Assembly: GCA_951406725.2 (NCBI GenBank)
Contig: OX597820.1
Coordinates: forward strand, 82,708,001-82,772,000
Length of the DNA stretch: 64,000 bases
Origin: Octopus vulgaris
Taxonomy: Eukaryota
Direction: 5' to 3'
The position numbers and the translations under genes are program-made. The notes beneath the pieces are model-generated. The model was given only the letters and a program-made list of their open reading frames with translations. It was not told where the DNA came from and made no database searches. Positions 42,300 through 56,515 of this stretch are shown here, one piece after another. Each line of letters opens with the position of its first letter. Position 1 is the first letter of the stretch.

Positions 42300-44777
42300 T
42301 GTATTTCGATGAATAATTTCATAGAAGTCAGGAAACTAACATTATTTTGCTCTATTTTAAAAAAAAAAACGGTCAACCTCAACTTAAGAAATCAATCACC
42401 ACTTTTGATCCAAATTATGCCAAATTCTAGGGTGGCTCATAACGTCTGCTCAAGCTTTTATCAAACTTGCGGAAATAGTATATTTGAAATTCCAGCTTTC
42501 AATGTTGAAGTAGTTTCGGAGTTATTGGCATTTAAATCTATAATCACTAAATGGCACTAGATTCACACTTCAATATTTCCGCTGCCCAAATCCTTATAAA
42601 CGTAACAGAGATGTGGAATAAAAGTGTAGTTATACATTTTTAAGATTACTGAATTGAAATTGCACTATGCAAAGGTTAAAACCTAGGGTATTTGAAGACA
42701 AAGGCCACTACAAGTATTCGATAGCATGCAAAATTTAAAAATTACATATTTTTAACTTTATAGGTTTAATTCCAATTTCAAATAACTGTATAAGAAAAAG
42801 AGTGCTGAATGTTAGCAAATTTTTAAACATAACAAAGAATTAATATATTTTGTTAGATAAAATAAATCGATGCTGAAGTTGCTCCTTCTTTTTACAAACA
42901 TCATAAAGATTTGAAGCCACGTGATTTCCCGTACTGCACTCTGATTTGTTTTTTACAGAGTTCAACTTTATTTTGTTTTGAACTTGCAGGATACCACATA
43001 ACTTCTGATAATCATGTGCATCGAATACTTGGCCAGTAAACCAAAAATATTCCTATTTGTAAGAGATAAATCGACAAGCATTGAGAAGGAAAAATCTTTT
43101 CTCTAGTAGAAGAATAAATGCCAAAAAGCTAATATTGCTCGAGAATTCTATCTGGTATTAGTTAAGTTGGGTATTTTTTGAAACTTTACAGTAGGAAATT
43201 TGTCGGTTTCTTCAAAGAAATGAAAAACGCTGGTCAAATGAAATAGAAATTTCATGTCATCTCACAATCCTGCTGATTCAGTAATATTTTCTTCACCATT
43301 GTTGAAATTAGCCTGGAGTTTTTCGTAATTATTTAGAAGCACTAGGATGGATGTATATTCAATATTGTGAGATTACTTTTTTCTCCAAGTTCGTTATACA
43401 TTACAACATGAAGATATGATACTGACAACCAATAAATTGCAGTTCTTTCAAATTATTTTGAGTAAACAGTCTTTGCAACTGAATGACAATGCCATTTCTT
43501 TTTCCAGTGTTCACACCCGTTGTATCAGCGACAATCATCTTTACATAAATTCTTATTGCTTTAACAACAGCATCGGCTTTTCCGGTCACTCCGTTCTCCC
43601 AGTTCATTCTTTAAAACTATCACTTGGTACTCTTGGTCATCAATACGTTTACCACAAAAATGCAATTACCAGTTTTATGAATGCAGTGTTTACTTTATTT
43701 TCTTTTTTAGTTTAACAGCTTCTTTGATAGTCGATCAGTAAATACCAGATTGGGAAGGAGTCTTGACATTTATTCCATTTGTCGACAAGCTGTTGATAGC
43801 TTGGAAGATATTACCAACTTGGTTGTAGTTCCAGTTTTACTATACTTCCCCCTTGTTTGTGTGGATTCTTCATCTGATTAATTGGACTCTTGATATTCAC
43901 TTTCAGTCTCTGCTTCAGACATTGATGATGACTCTGAAGATGCACTAGTTGAAGTTGGCATTAAAGAACACTCTTCCTCTTTTGGATGGATGGATAGTTT
44001 TGGAACTGGATGCCTTTCCAGTTACATATCCAACCTGTCTCTTGCTTTCAATTTGAAGATAATATAACGTTGTGTCATTCACCATTTGTCTTTGTAATGT
44101 CAAAAATTCCTTTCAATGAATCGTATTTTCTTCGTTTTACACATTTATCGTAGATATTCCGAATTGATAAATATAGGAAATTTAATTTCTTTTGCCTTAA
44201 AAAAGTTACTTCTTTCGAATTTTCTTTGTGCTTTCTTTACTTCCTTTGATGGTACATCCAGGGAACAGGTAGCGACTGACAATTTGAAGTTCCATTGGTA
44301 TCCTGCTGTGTTTTCCCAAGAATACTTTTCTAGAAGAACAGGTCTCTTTTTCCTTTTTGTTCTTTGAGTGACACAAACATTTCTCTTAAGAGCCATTATT
44401 TTAGATACTACTATTCTGAAAAACAGTTAATATAGTCAGAGTTTTTAGCGTCACAGAAATAAAAAGGAGAGAAGAAGAGGATATTTCATAAAGTAGGGCT
44501 TAAGTGGTAAGAAATTAAAAAATGTATAACTTCTAAACTACTCAAATTTGAAAGCTGAAATTTCAGATATACTGGTTCTGCATTGCATTAAGTCAGTACA
44601 CTAAGCTTGGTAAAAACTTCAGTGGGCGTTACGAAGCCCACTCCTTAGAATTTTGAATGATTCGAGTCAAAAGTGTTATTAAATTTCTTCAGTTGCGAGT
44701 GACGTTTTTTTAAAAAACTTAAAATAAATCTTATTTTCCCTATTTATATGAAATCCTTGATTGACCATTGATACAGG
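42300..44777 (-). mobile_element. hAT-like (hATm-type) DNA transposon, decayed, with ~230-bp imperfect TIRs
   Basis: Minus MIVADTTGVNTGKRNG..LQ..FIGCQYHI (DTT-NTG / CxHH motif) and PNLTNTR*NSRAILAF; 42300-42525 is the inverse of 44525-44777. Confidence 0.75.
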
Positions 44778-44910
44778 AAATTGTTTATTTCTAAAAGAAT
44801 GGAAAAGACATAACCTAATATATACATACACAAACATATATATACAATACATGTATACTATACTATCTATTGTCTGAAATGGGAGACAACCTCTACAGCA
44901 AACGAGAGCT

Positions 44911-45072
<162 letters not shown>

Positions 45073-45176
45073 CATGAGTCATCCATGAGTCCAAAAGTCA
45101 CGGATAAGATCCACTTGTATATCTGTCAACAGAGTGGGTATATCATCCGAAATGTAGTGTATTATATATCAAACAC

Positions 45177-45759
45177 GGCTGATCTTACCAATTAGTTTCG
45201 CCCTGCGAATACAATGGTGTGTTAGATAACAATCCGATTATATAACCTTACACTCATCAGAGTTAGCAGATATGGAAGGGAATATGGTGACTGCTCTCTA
45301 TTGTCGGAGGTAAATTGACACATCCGGTTTGCAGTTGCTGTGAAAAAGATGGTGAAACGAAAACGAGCAGAGGATTAGGTAAGGAGTTATATCCCTTGGT
45401 TGGACTCGTCGTAAATCGCTAACAGTTATCTTGAAATGTTTGTGAGACATTACACATATCACGTACCCCATCTCCACAGGAGCACCACACATAATAAGGC
45501 ATACCCTTCTAACAAACACTTCAAGAAAACTCTTACCGGCTTTACACCGAATCTAACTAAAGGACATAACTTCTAACCTAATCCCTGCCCCCTTTTTCGT
45601 TTCACAGCAACCACAAACCGGATGTATCAATTCACCTCTGATAATAGAGAGCAGTCATCATATTCCCTTCCACATCGGCTAACTCTGAAGAGCATAAGGT
45701 TATGTAATTGGATTGTTATCTAACACTCCATTGCGCTAAACAGATTGGTAAGATTAACC
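45177..45759. mobile_element. Foldback element, ~170-bp inverted arms, each with a hammerhead motif
   Basis: Minus CUGAUGA...CGAAACUAAUUGGUA (45177-45267); plus CUGAAGA...CUAAACAGAUUGGUA (45677-45759). Confidence 0.78.
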
Positions 45760-46302
45760 TTGATGAACATGTAATACTGTACATTTCGGAATATATATAT
45801 GTACATGATAATACACACACACGTGAATATGTATGCATGTGTATGAATAAATGTATGAGTGTATGTGTATGTAAGAATGTATTATGTATCTATATGTTTG
45901 CATTTAATTATGTAAATCTTCACATATGATTTTGTTTTAAATTTGGAATTGCCAAGTACTTTGTAATTGTTTTTACTTAAATAACCAAAACAATATTTCT
46001 TTTGAAATAACGTAATTTCAGGTCAGTTTATTCTATACCTTGGTTTATATTTGTACTAATAACACGAGAAATTTTAACCTTTTATTAGTGAAGCTGGTGT
46101 TGTGTGGTAGTTGCTTGGTGCAGTCGCTTATATGTTGCTGCTGCTGCTGTGTATGATGCTATGTGCAATGAAGCTACAACACTATTCAATTATATATTAC
46201 TTTCTTTACTCTTCACAAGTCATATTTCGAGTTGGCCAAAAATTATAACAGCCTTCACATTAAATCAACACGACTGTAAGAAATATATTGTAACGTGGTA
46301 TG

Positions 46303-46421
46303 ACTTACGGCCATAACAAGTTGAATGCATCGGTTCTCGTCCGATCACCAAAGTGAAGCAACGTCGAGCCTAGTGGGTACTTAGACGGGTGACCGCTTGG
46401 GAAATCTAGGTGTTGTAAGCA
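46303..46421 (+). rRNA. 5S rRNA-derived sequence (pseudogene or SINE3 head)
   Basis: CTTACGGCCATAAC..TCTCGTCCGATCACC.AAGT.AAGC..GTACTTAGACGGGTGACCGCTTGGGAA..GTGTTGTAAGC; single diverged copy. Confidence 0.88.
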
Positions 46422-48142
46422 TCTCATACATTTTTAAGGCAATGCTCCAGCATGGCTGCAGTCAAATGTCTGAAACAAGTAAAATAATAAAATAGTAACA
46501 TGTGTATTAAGATGGACACAATGGCTTGGTAGAGGAGCTTGATTAAATTTTAGAATCTGTACAGATCGAGTCATATCTGACAAATATAACACATATCCAG
46601 GTTAAGCATGGGATCGTTCAAACGACTACGTCCAGTGCAAGGGATGTGTGTAAAGTGGACCGCAGTTTGGCACAAACTGAAAGCTGGCGCTCAAACAAAC
46701 CATATTTATAACCCTCGTACTTAGGACATTCAAGGTGGGTCCTGAATGATCCATCACTTGAAGACAGGCTGCACATTGGCTAATTACTCGGCCTTTCACG
46801 TAATTAGGGTTGAGGGATGTCGTGGCTAAATCTTCATTATCTAGCGACACTGTTTCGGGTCTTTTAACCCTCGAGCTGTTTTCAATTATCACTTTCTAAT
46901 ATGAAACTGCTCCAGACTCAGATGTATTTCGATTTAATATATTCGATATAATACACTCCGATCCATTAAGCACTGTAGTATACACAAATAACATTGAGTT
47001 GTATTTGCGAAACACACAAGAAATTACACGCATGCACACACACGCACACACATACACGTGTGTGTATATGTATGTATGTTTATAGATTTGTGCGCATATG
47101 CTTGTGTATCTCTGTGAGCATGTGTGTATATATATCAGCTCCACTCACTAAAACAAATCTTTGGATATAAAAGTGTACTATTTAAATACACACATACACA
47201 GGCGTACACACATACCCAATTACTCGCAAAGACATACAACCAAGAGAAAACAAATGGTGATAAATGGTTTCCTTCATACTTTGTTCACAACAACTAAATT
47301 TTAGTTAATGTTTTGTACTTCTCTAAACTTTTGTTTCCTGTAATTACTTTGTTCTTTTCGTCTGAACAATTTCTACTTGATTGTATTATTGCCGTATATC
47401 TTTATAAACAAAGTAGGAATGATAGTATTACTAAGAGAATAGTAGAAAATGATTGTGTGACTAACGTAAAGAGATTCAGTCATACAAGGTAGGAAGAGAG
47501 AAAATAAACCTGAAGCGAGTAAAATGAAAACGGAGTGAGAGAGAAAAGAGCACAGAATTACTGACGTAAACGGTTTGATATAATATAATATAATATAATA
47601 TAATATAATATAATACACACACTCACACACACATATTATTAAAAAAGCTACTCACAATTTAAAACCAAAAAGCACAAGTACAATCGTCGTTAAAGTGGCT
47701 AAGAGTGAAAGTCATCACCAACATTGTTAGAAATAAGAATATGAGCAACTCTTAGCCACGGGCAAAACACTATCTATTGACTGACAAGGAAGACAACCTA
47801 TCCACAGCAACCGAAAGCATACACATACACACACAAATAAATAAATAAAAACATGGATATGCGTCACTTCATCACAGCTGTTTCCAGAGGATTTGTTTAA
47901 TATATTAATGAGTATACTACTTTATATCTAAAAATAAAATAAAATAAACGCTTTCATCATATGATGCATAACATTTCAAAACAATATAAAATCAGTACTT
48001 TACCACAATAAAACTTGATTCCTGCCGAAGCTGGCTTGAAAGAGATATTTTTAGTTATGATATAATGTACTCAGTAATCTATTAAAGAAATCCGCTGGAA
48101 ACCACTTGTTCCTCTTAATACTTAATATTGTGTATATACTGC

Positions 48143-48218
<76 letters not shown>

Positions 48219-48501
48219 GACACCTACAATAGTTTCAATTCATCGCTTAAAGTATAAAATCAATGAAATTTAATTTAATTACATCAATTTGGTTTTTAAC
48301 TCACACACACATATATATATATCCAAATGAAAGTAAGATGAAAGTAAGTAACGACATTTTACGCATAAATACGAATTAAAAATTTACATAATGTTTACGG
48401 TTTTAGACTTTAGAGAGGCACATCATAAGACGTGCATCAAAGGTATCTTGTCACCATACTGCACGGCTTCTAGACCTTGTTTCCGGTTTATATCGGGAGG
48501 A

Positions 48502-48591
<90 letters not shown>

Positions 48592-48827
48592 GGCGGTGCC
48601 CCAGCATGGCCACAGCTCATGAGCTGAAACTAGAATCAATCAATATATATATACATATGCATATACATGCGTATAATACGCATGTATTTCAATATATATA
48701 TATTACAATATATAAACATATATGCGTATTATACGCATGTATTATATCTCTATATGCTAGGCTAATGGTTTTAAATTGATGTTAATTAAATTAATATTCA
48801 ATTTATCACCCTCATTATTTAAAATCT

Positions 48828-48888
<61 letters not shown>

Positions 48889-48949
48889 CATACACGCACA
48901 CAATTAAGCTCGCCTATGCAGTTGGCTCTGTTTACGCAATACTTACCTT

Positions 48950-51350
48950 TTGCTGAATTAGAGAGTGTGCTGCCACTGTCTTTAGTAGCATTTGGTTCAT
49001 CTCAAATCGCAGATGCTTGGTTATCTTGGTGCTTCTTGTTTTCATCTGTATCCACTCCATGTAGATTTCTCAATTTGTGTAACAAGGTATTAAAGGGTGT
49101 CAGCCTTGGAAACCATAGGCTGTTGCAGTATTTGGTCATAATTTTCGATGAAGAGAGTAGAAGCTTCAGATCATTGCACTATAAAACCTGTTGAGGACCT
49201 TTAAGGAAAAGATCACTGCTTATCTTTACAGTATTCTCTCCAGAAGTTTAATGCTTTCAACATCTCTCACTAAATTAGTTGTTGTACTGAGGTGGTTTTT
49301 ACGCGGGGAACTTTTGGGTTCCTTCTACATTAGCCGTTTGTTAAATGCTATCACAAGCGCTATAATTGTGAACATCAGTTCAGGCAGATAAGAAAAATGT
49401 TCTCCACAAAAAGCGTAAAATGTCCAGCTCTTCTTACTGTATAATCTCAGTATCCATTCCGCCATACTTTTGCAGATCGTTGTCATCTTGGTAATGTACA
49501 CGAATAGATATTTTATTATCCATTTTTTCCTCAGATCACGAACAGAGTGCAACTTTGGAATTGCAATTTCTCCATGTCCTGTGTACCCTTGTTTTCCAGT
49601 GAGTGACTTTATCGAAGGCCTTTGTAAAGTTGCATGACTTAAATACCTAGTTCAGCACCAAGTCGCAATGTTTCAGGAGTTATGTAAGGTCACTTACGAA
49701 ATATGCGTTTTAGTCAGTGATACATTTTATTTCAAGAACGTGATTAATTTTTGTCTGATGATTAGCCCACTGAAGTTCCTGATATGCGAAATCATTGAGA
49801 TAAGCCTGTATTTTTCAGCATCAGCTCTCCTTCTTTATAAATCGGGAAATTACATCTTTTAAAAACTTTGGCGCTGATTTCCCATTTGTCAGAGAGCTTG
49901 GAAAGAGTATTTAGAATGGCTTAGCAAGAGTTTGTTTACACGATTTTATGATGAATGCAGGGAATTTACCAGATCCTGTTGCAGAATTTAAGTTCGATTC
50001 ATCTTTAACTGATTTTACATCTTCCTCCTTTATGTCATGATAGCTTCCACCACTCTATGTTGGGATGCTTTGTTAAAGAACTACAATGGTTTACTTACCT
50101 GCGTGTGTCCCAGTGAGGAGGTAGAAATACTTTTGTCCTTTTCATTCAGTACTTCATATACCGTTAGGGTTTGGTATTAGTGAGTTATCTGTTTAGGACA
50201 ATTGCCTTATTTTGTGATGCACAGAGACTGATTTCATAGCAAATTTTTCTATAGACATGGTTGCTTTATCTGGTCTTCTTATAGCGTAATAATTCTTTGT
50301 TTTTTTTTCTCTGCGTCTTCGAGCGTTCTTCTTAAGCGGGGTTGTTTAGTTTCTATTTTTTACTTTCTATTTACTCATGGTTTATCCCATGGTTTCTGTC
50401 TTCTATATCAGTATGAATATGATCTACATCAGTATTCAAATCTCCCAATCTTCTATATTACTATTTGATGGGTTTCTGTGATTGGTATGCTTATCTTATT
50501 ACCTGATTGCATTTGATAAAGGGAATTCGCTTTAGTTCTAACGGGTAGCAGTTCTTTAACATTTAGTAGTAATATCAATGTGGTGATTCGATGCGTATTG
50601 GTGGCAACCATCTCGGGACGGCCTATTAACGCAGACTAGCGTACAAACATACTTTGTTATTATTAGATGCAACGAAGCTAACTTCCGTATAATCTTTTGT
50701 GTAATGCTTAAAAATATGCGACTCTATGCTGCTTCACTTCCATGAGGTAGATGGTGTGTGTTTACTTACTTTTTTATGTGGATGCTCATGTCTTTGAGCT
50801 TCGGTTATCATGTTCTACTGAAGATATTCTGTCAGAAGCTGGGTATAATTTTCTACCCTTCGGTTGTTTTCTGAGGAAAGAGTTTCCCCTTTCAGCATAG
50901 TTAGTTGAAGGTTAGAGCGAGCAAAAAGAATATGTGTCCCGTCTTCTCCATACAATCAGGGTGCAATTTAGCTGGAACTTACAGGATTTTCATAGTTATT
51001 TTCCTGGTGTAATTTTTGAACATGAAATCTAAAAGCTTATTTTTAATTTTGCTTTTTATCACAAGTCTGTCTGTTTTAAATGCATCTCGTTTTTGTAGTT
51101 GATGACAAAGCTAACTTCATCTTGTTCAGCATCTGCCTCTTTACTACTTTCCTCATTAATGGTGTTGGAACCTATTGTGTTCGCAGTGGAATTCTTGGCA
51201 CCCCCCATTGATCATAGCAGACTCTTCTTGACTACACTGGAATCTTTGGCATCACCACTATTGCTTCTTTTATCGTCTGCATTTTATTTTCTTCTTTCAT
51301 GATAACTATAGCAGGTGTAAATATGGTATGACAAGGTCATAAGGGCAGGT
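48950..51350 (-). mobile_element. Decayed APE-RT non-LTR retrotransposon
   Basis: Minus-strand fragments in the expected order: GDLNTD (~50440, APE GDFN-like), ATGSGK (~49970), KAFDKV.H (~49610). Confidence 0.6.
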
Positions 51351-53193
51351 AAATTTATTGCTTTTCCTGACAATTTGCGCCATTGACCTATGGTGTCTAT
51401 AAATTGTGAGAAAATCTAGACTGATTGAAAGAGAGCGCCCAATATTATTCTACACTATTAAGAAAGTGTACAACTCACCTACTCGCCAGCTTAGCATCTT
51501 CTAATTCTTATTTGCTTGAGTCTGTTGTTAAATAAGCTTACAGTTTGTTTTGTTTCATAAAGAAATTTAGTCAACTTGTCTGTGAGCATATATGTTCAGA
51601 TTTGGCTTCCTAGTTTGAAGAATATTTTAGAAGAAATTCAGATGCGAAACAGAGTAAAAGGGTTCAATATGTTTTGAAGAGAATAATGTGATACGGAGAA
51701 GAAATAGAGGATACATGTTCAATTCATTAGTCATACATGAGAAGATAAGAAGGGAGAGACAGAGAGAGTGACAAACAGAGAGTAGTAGGCTGTTCCATGA
51801 CAGCTATGGTACATTCTGAGTTAAAATTATTTCATTGTGCACTGCGTAGCGAGAGAAACGAGAAACGAAACGAGAAGAAAGGAGAAAGAGAGAGAAAGAA
51901 AAGGAGAGAAAGAGAGAGAGAGAGAGAGAAAAGGAGAGAAAGAGAGAAAGAGAAAGAGCGCAATAACATAACTTAATAGTCTCATTACTTGGAGAGAAAT
52001 ATATAGAGAAAACAGTGGATCAAAATTTGCGGATATGAAGAGGAACAATTAGTATTACTATGAGGAAAGAGAGAGAGGAAGAGAGATAGAGAGAGAAATA
52101 AAGAGAGACAGAGAGACAGAGAGAGCAATATGAGGAGGGTGTGGAACTGAGTATCTTGCTATGTACCATAGAAACTCGTTGGAGAGACCCAGTGAGAGGG
52201 CTGTATTGATATCAGTTTGTTGATCTCACTCTAGCAAAAGATAGGAGAGAGAGAGAGAGAGCGAAATATATAAGAACTATGAATTTGCTTTATTCCAGTA
52301 TTACGTGAGCGAGAAAGGGGAGAAGGTAACAAGTTATCTAACTATAATATAATAGGCATTAATTTTTGTTTACTCCACTCTGAAAATAAGTGATGGTGAG
52401 AACGAAGCAGGTTACTTTTGAATGGAGAAAGACAGATGGAATCCAACTACGCCATTAAAGAGAATAAAAATGTAGAAAGTTTGACAGATATTAATCGAGA
52501 AGACCGAGATATGAAATCAAAGAAATTTTCACGAAAGATTAAAATCAATAAACGAATGAAATTAAAAGTAAGACAAGAAGAAAATAAAAAGTGACGATAG
52601 ACCAATGTTCAGATTAGGTTTGAAATCAAAATTTGAAGGTGTGAGAAAAAAATAACAGAGCGTACTTTACATCGGATATTTCTGCATAAATGAAATAATT
52701 AAATAATTTATTTGAAACCTGTGATGAGAAAGAATTTCGTTGAATCGTGTGATAAGTACTTAGAAGTTGATATTATCAACAGCGTAATAATCATAACACT
52801 ATATGTGTGTGTGTGTGTGTTTGTGTGATTGTGTGCGTGTGTGCATGTCTGTGTATGTGTGTGTGTGTGTGTGATTGTGTGCGTGCGTGCGAGTGTGTGT
52901 AAAGATAAAATGATGCATATATGTTGTACTATTTTAAGTTAATTATAATAAGGTGATATAAACAAAAGATAAGAACAAAACGAGAGGAAAAATATGTATG
53001 GCAATGTAGAAATGTAAAGGTTGCATTTCAAATAAAAACACAGAAGAAAAATGCAAGACAGCGTTTGTTACACTAAAGTTTAATATATAAATAAATGAAT
53101 AAATGTAATTAAATTATTTAGTTTGATCGCGTAATGAGAACAACGTTGTAAGGTGATATCTTGATAGGCATAAATATATATATATATACACAC

Positions 53194-53224
<31 letters not shown>

Positions 53225-54147
53225 TGTATGTATGTATGTTTGTATGTATGTATGTATGTATGTATGTATATGTGTTTGTGTATGTGTGTATGTATATATT
53301 GCAGTATAGGTTCGTAGTTACAAGTAATATAGAAAACACAATATAGAAAACAGAAACATGGATTACAGATTCGAATCGATAAATGAACTCAGAATTAAGA
53401 CAAGTAACGAGAAAAGGAAGAGATAGAACACAGTGCAACGACGATCTAGAGATACAAAGATAATACTTGAGTATTGAAGAATGTAAGAAGAAATATAATA
53501 AATATCAAATAAGATTCTAAGATACTCTAGAGCTAAAAAATAACTAATAGCACACTTGTGGTTTTAGAATGGTTCTCTTTATATATTTCAACGATCTTGC
53601 AAAGAAATGGAACATAATTCCACCTGCACTTTCTCGTGTATGAATTGATGTTAACATGATATCTGTACAGTGAACCAAAGACATATTTTCGTCATACATG
53701 TTGCGTAACTGATATAGTAAACGCAAACACACACACACACACACGCACACACACACACACACATACACACACACACTCACACAGATGTAATTGAAATGAA
53801 GTAAATTTAATTAATCTTTCAAGACAAAATTTGAACTTTGAGATAAATGTCATGAAAGTTGAATTTAATCTGATTTATTTTAATTTATATTCCGTCTTCT
53901 TGCAGTATGACTAAGCTGTCTTTTAAAACGATGGAAACCGGTAGTCTAATTCGTTAAAGTGTAAGGATTTTCGTTTTTGTGCAAAATGTGAAGAATATAA
54001 AACTAGTATTGGATGCATATTCTTAACTTTCCACACACTTCATCTGCCAACATTACAACTATTATGTAATTCCGAGCCCCCAGAAACAGCTGTCTGACCC
54101 AAATACCATGCCCTCTGCCTTTAATTTTCTGTATTTTGTAATCCATG

Positions 54148-54584
54148 TAAATTCGTTCTGTAAATATAGGAATATTCATATGCTTATACATGAACGTTCA
54201 TCTTCTGAACATTTTCAGTTTTTGTTTGTCTCTCTCTATATCACTATATATATTTATATGCATTTATATATGTATATTTTATATATGAAACCCAAACGTG
54301 TTAATTTCTTTATTTGCATTATTATCTCTATCTCTGAAACTTTGCAGAAATATATAAGTATATATATATATATATATACTTATATATTTCTGCAAAGTTT
54401 CAGAGATAGAGATAATAATGCAAATAAAGAAATTAACACGTTTGGGTTTCATATATAAAATATACATATATAAATGCATATAAATATATATAGTGATATA
54501 GAGAGAGACAAACAAAAACTGAAAATGTTCAGAAGATGAACGTTCATGTATAAGCATATGAATATTCCTATATTTACAGAACGA

Positions 54585-54589
<5 letters not shown>
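54148..54589. repeat. 442-bp apparently perfect palindrome centred on (TA)n
   Basis: The same peptide appears on both strands (ORFs 54108+ and 54279-). Confidence 0.95.
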
Positions 54590-54635
<46 letters not shown>

Positions 54636-54654
54636 TGTGTGTGTGTGTGTGTTA

Positions 54655-56515
54655 AATAAAAGGTATGAGATTTTCAGGACATAACGAGAAAGTTAGTCTT
54701 ACAGCTGTTTCTGGGACATCAGGGACATCCCTTTATTAGAGATGATGAGAGATGGTTAGATAGAGGGAAATAGTAGAGTTCAATATAAGGAGCTATTTTG
54801 GAAAAGGACGGAAATAAAAAGTATAGAAGGAAATAAGAGGGTAAGTATAAAGGGAAATAAGTAAAGCTAAAAATTAAAAAAATCTAATGTCATAGTTGCA
54901 GTTTTTTATCCAAGAAAATTATTATGTAGAAGTGGCAGAAGTGCTTTGGTATGGAAGACTTTGGTATGGAAGCCCTGAATCTATTATGGATGATGACAAG
55001 ATGTATGGAATATTTCTATTTTTGAAATGATGTGTGTGACTGGCGAGTGTTGTGGATTTACTGTTTCTTATATCTAAAAGAATTGAGATGCAGAGCGCAT
55101 CGTTGTTTAAAATTTATAGTTGACCCTATATACATGGTTGTAGAATTGTGTAATATGTTGTGGATGGTGCATTTATAAATTACAATAGACCTTTAGCAAT
55201 GGGTTTGTAGAGGGAAGATGGTCCCAAGACGGTAGTTACATTGTAATGCATTGTGGGGATTATTCTCAGGAATGGAGGAGGTAATATTGTCTGAGGAGAG
55301 GTTAGAGACGGGGGTAGATTGGTCTATGTTATTAACATTATTATTGCTTTTATCATTATTATTATATCTATCATTGTTGTTATTTATCCTATCTGTAATA
55401 GTGGTAGTAGTATTATGGTTAGTGTTAGTGGGATTGATTTTCATTGATGGGATTCGATATTGGAGCTATGTATATGTTAGGCGTTTGTGTATTCAGAGTT
55501 GTTAGAGTGTAAGTTTTGATAATAGAGGGAAATATTTCTTTTATTAGAGGCTGTTATGATAGATTTAGTGTTGGGCGGGGAGGAGCAGGATAGCTTTAAG
55601 TTAGATCTATTAAATGCAGAGTAATATTTATGTTGACGAGGGAAGTTTGAGTCCAGTATATTAAAAAAGGATTTAGCTGAGTTGATAACGTTTAGTGAGA
55701 AGCGGAGTGTATACCATAGAATAGAGCGTCCACCGCTTTTTTTGGTTATTTAGGGGTAGTGTAATCTATATTTTTAGAAATCAGAGGTGGGTTATATGGT
55801 CCGTTAATGTCAGCTGCTTTGGTTTTTGACCTAGTGTTATATTTTGCGTGTGAGGTCTAAGTTGTCTTAATCCGGGTTCTCCTGGCGTTCTAGTATAATG
55901 TATATGTGGTCTGTTGTGATTCTGATGGTTGGCATGTCGTTGTGATATGATTTGAGATATATGTTGCTTGATCCTAGTATTAGAGATGTTGGGAGAAGCC
56001 ACTGGCAGCGAGCGCTTGGTTGTAATATGCGGCGTGATTATTTCCTCTGGACAATGGGTCAGATATACGGATCTGCTTTTTTTATTACCCATGCGGGCCA
56101 ACATAGAGGGGAATATATATAGAGGGGTTCAGATATACGTATCGAGATACCCTTAACTATATTACCAAAGGTGGATTTATGGTGATTGGAATTAATGTTT
56201 AACTGCTTAAGGTATTGGTTAGGTTTGTGATATTGGGAGTATTGGGAGGTTTTTAAGTTTAAAGTTATGTCTAAAAAATTAGTGGTTTTGTGGGAATTTT
56301 CAAAAGTAATAGATATATTGAAGTTCGATGAAAATTTGTGCAGATCATTCCTAACGTATTCTAAAGAGGCTTTATTAACGCCCTTGGTGACTAGCAAAGC
56401 GTCATCACTGTAGAGGCCTCCGTTGATGTTAGGGAAATGTATTTGGAGGTGGTGGAGTATGTTTAGTCCAACGAGGCCGATGACTTGGGCGGACCCGGAT
56501 GATCCCATAGTAATA
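54655..56515 (-). mobile_element. Penelope-like element (RT C-half, linker, GIY-YIG, 3' hammerhead remnant at 54697-54742)
   Basis: MGSSGSAQVIGLVG..GGLYSDD..TNFLDITLNL..YHKPN..SNH; CNYR..PLQTHC..VIYKC..GST. Confidence 0.88.

Noticed and set aside
46303-46421. Functional 5S rRNA gene
   Set aside because: Solitary, visibly substituted, and joined to a retroposon tail.
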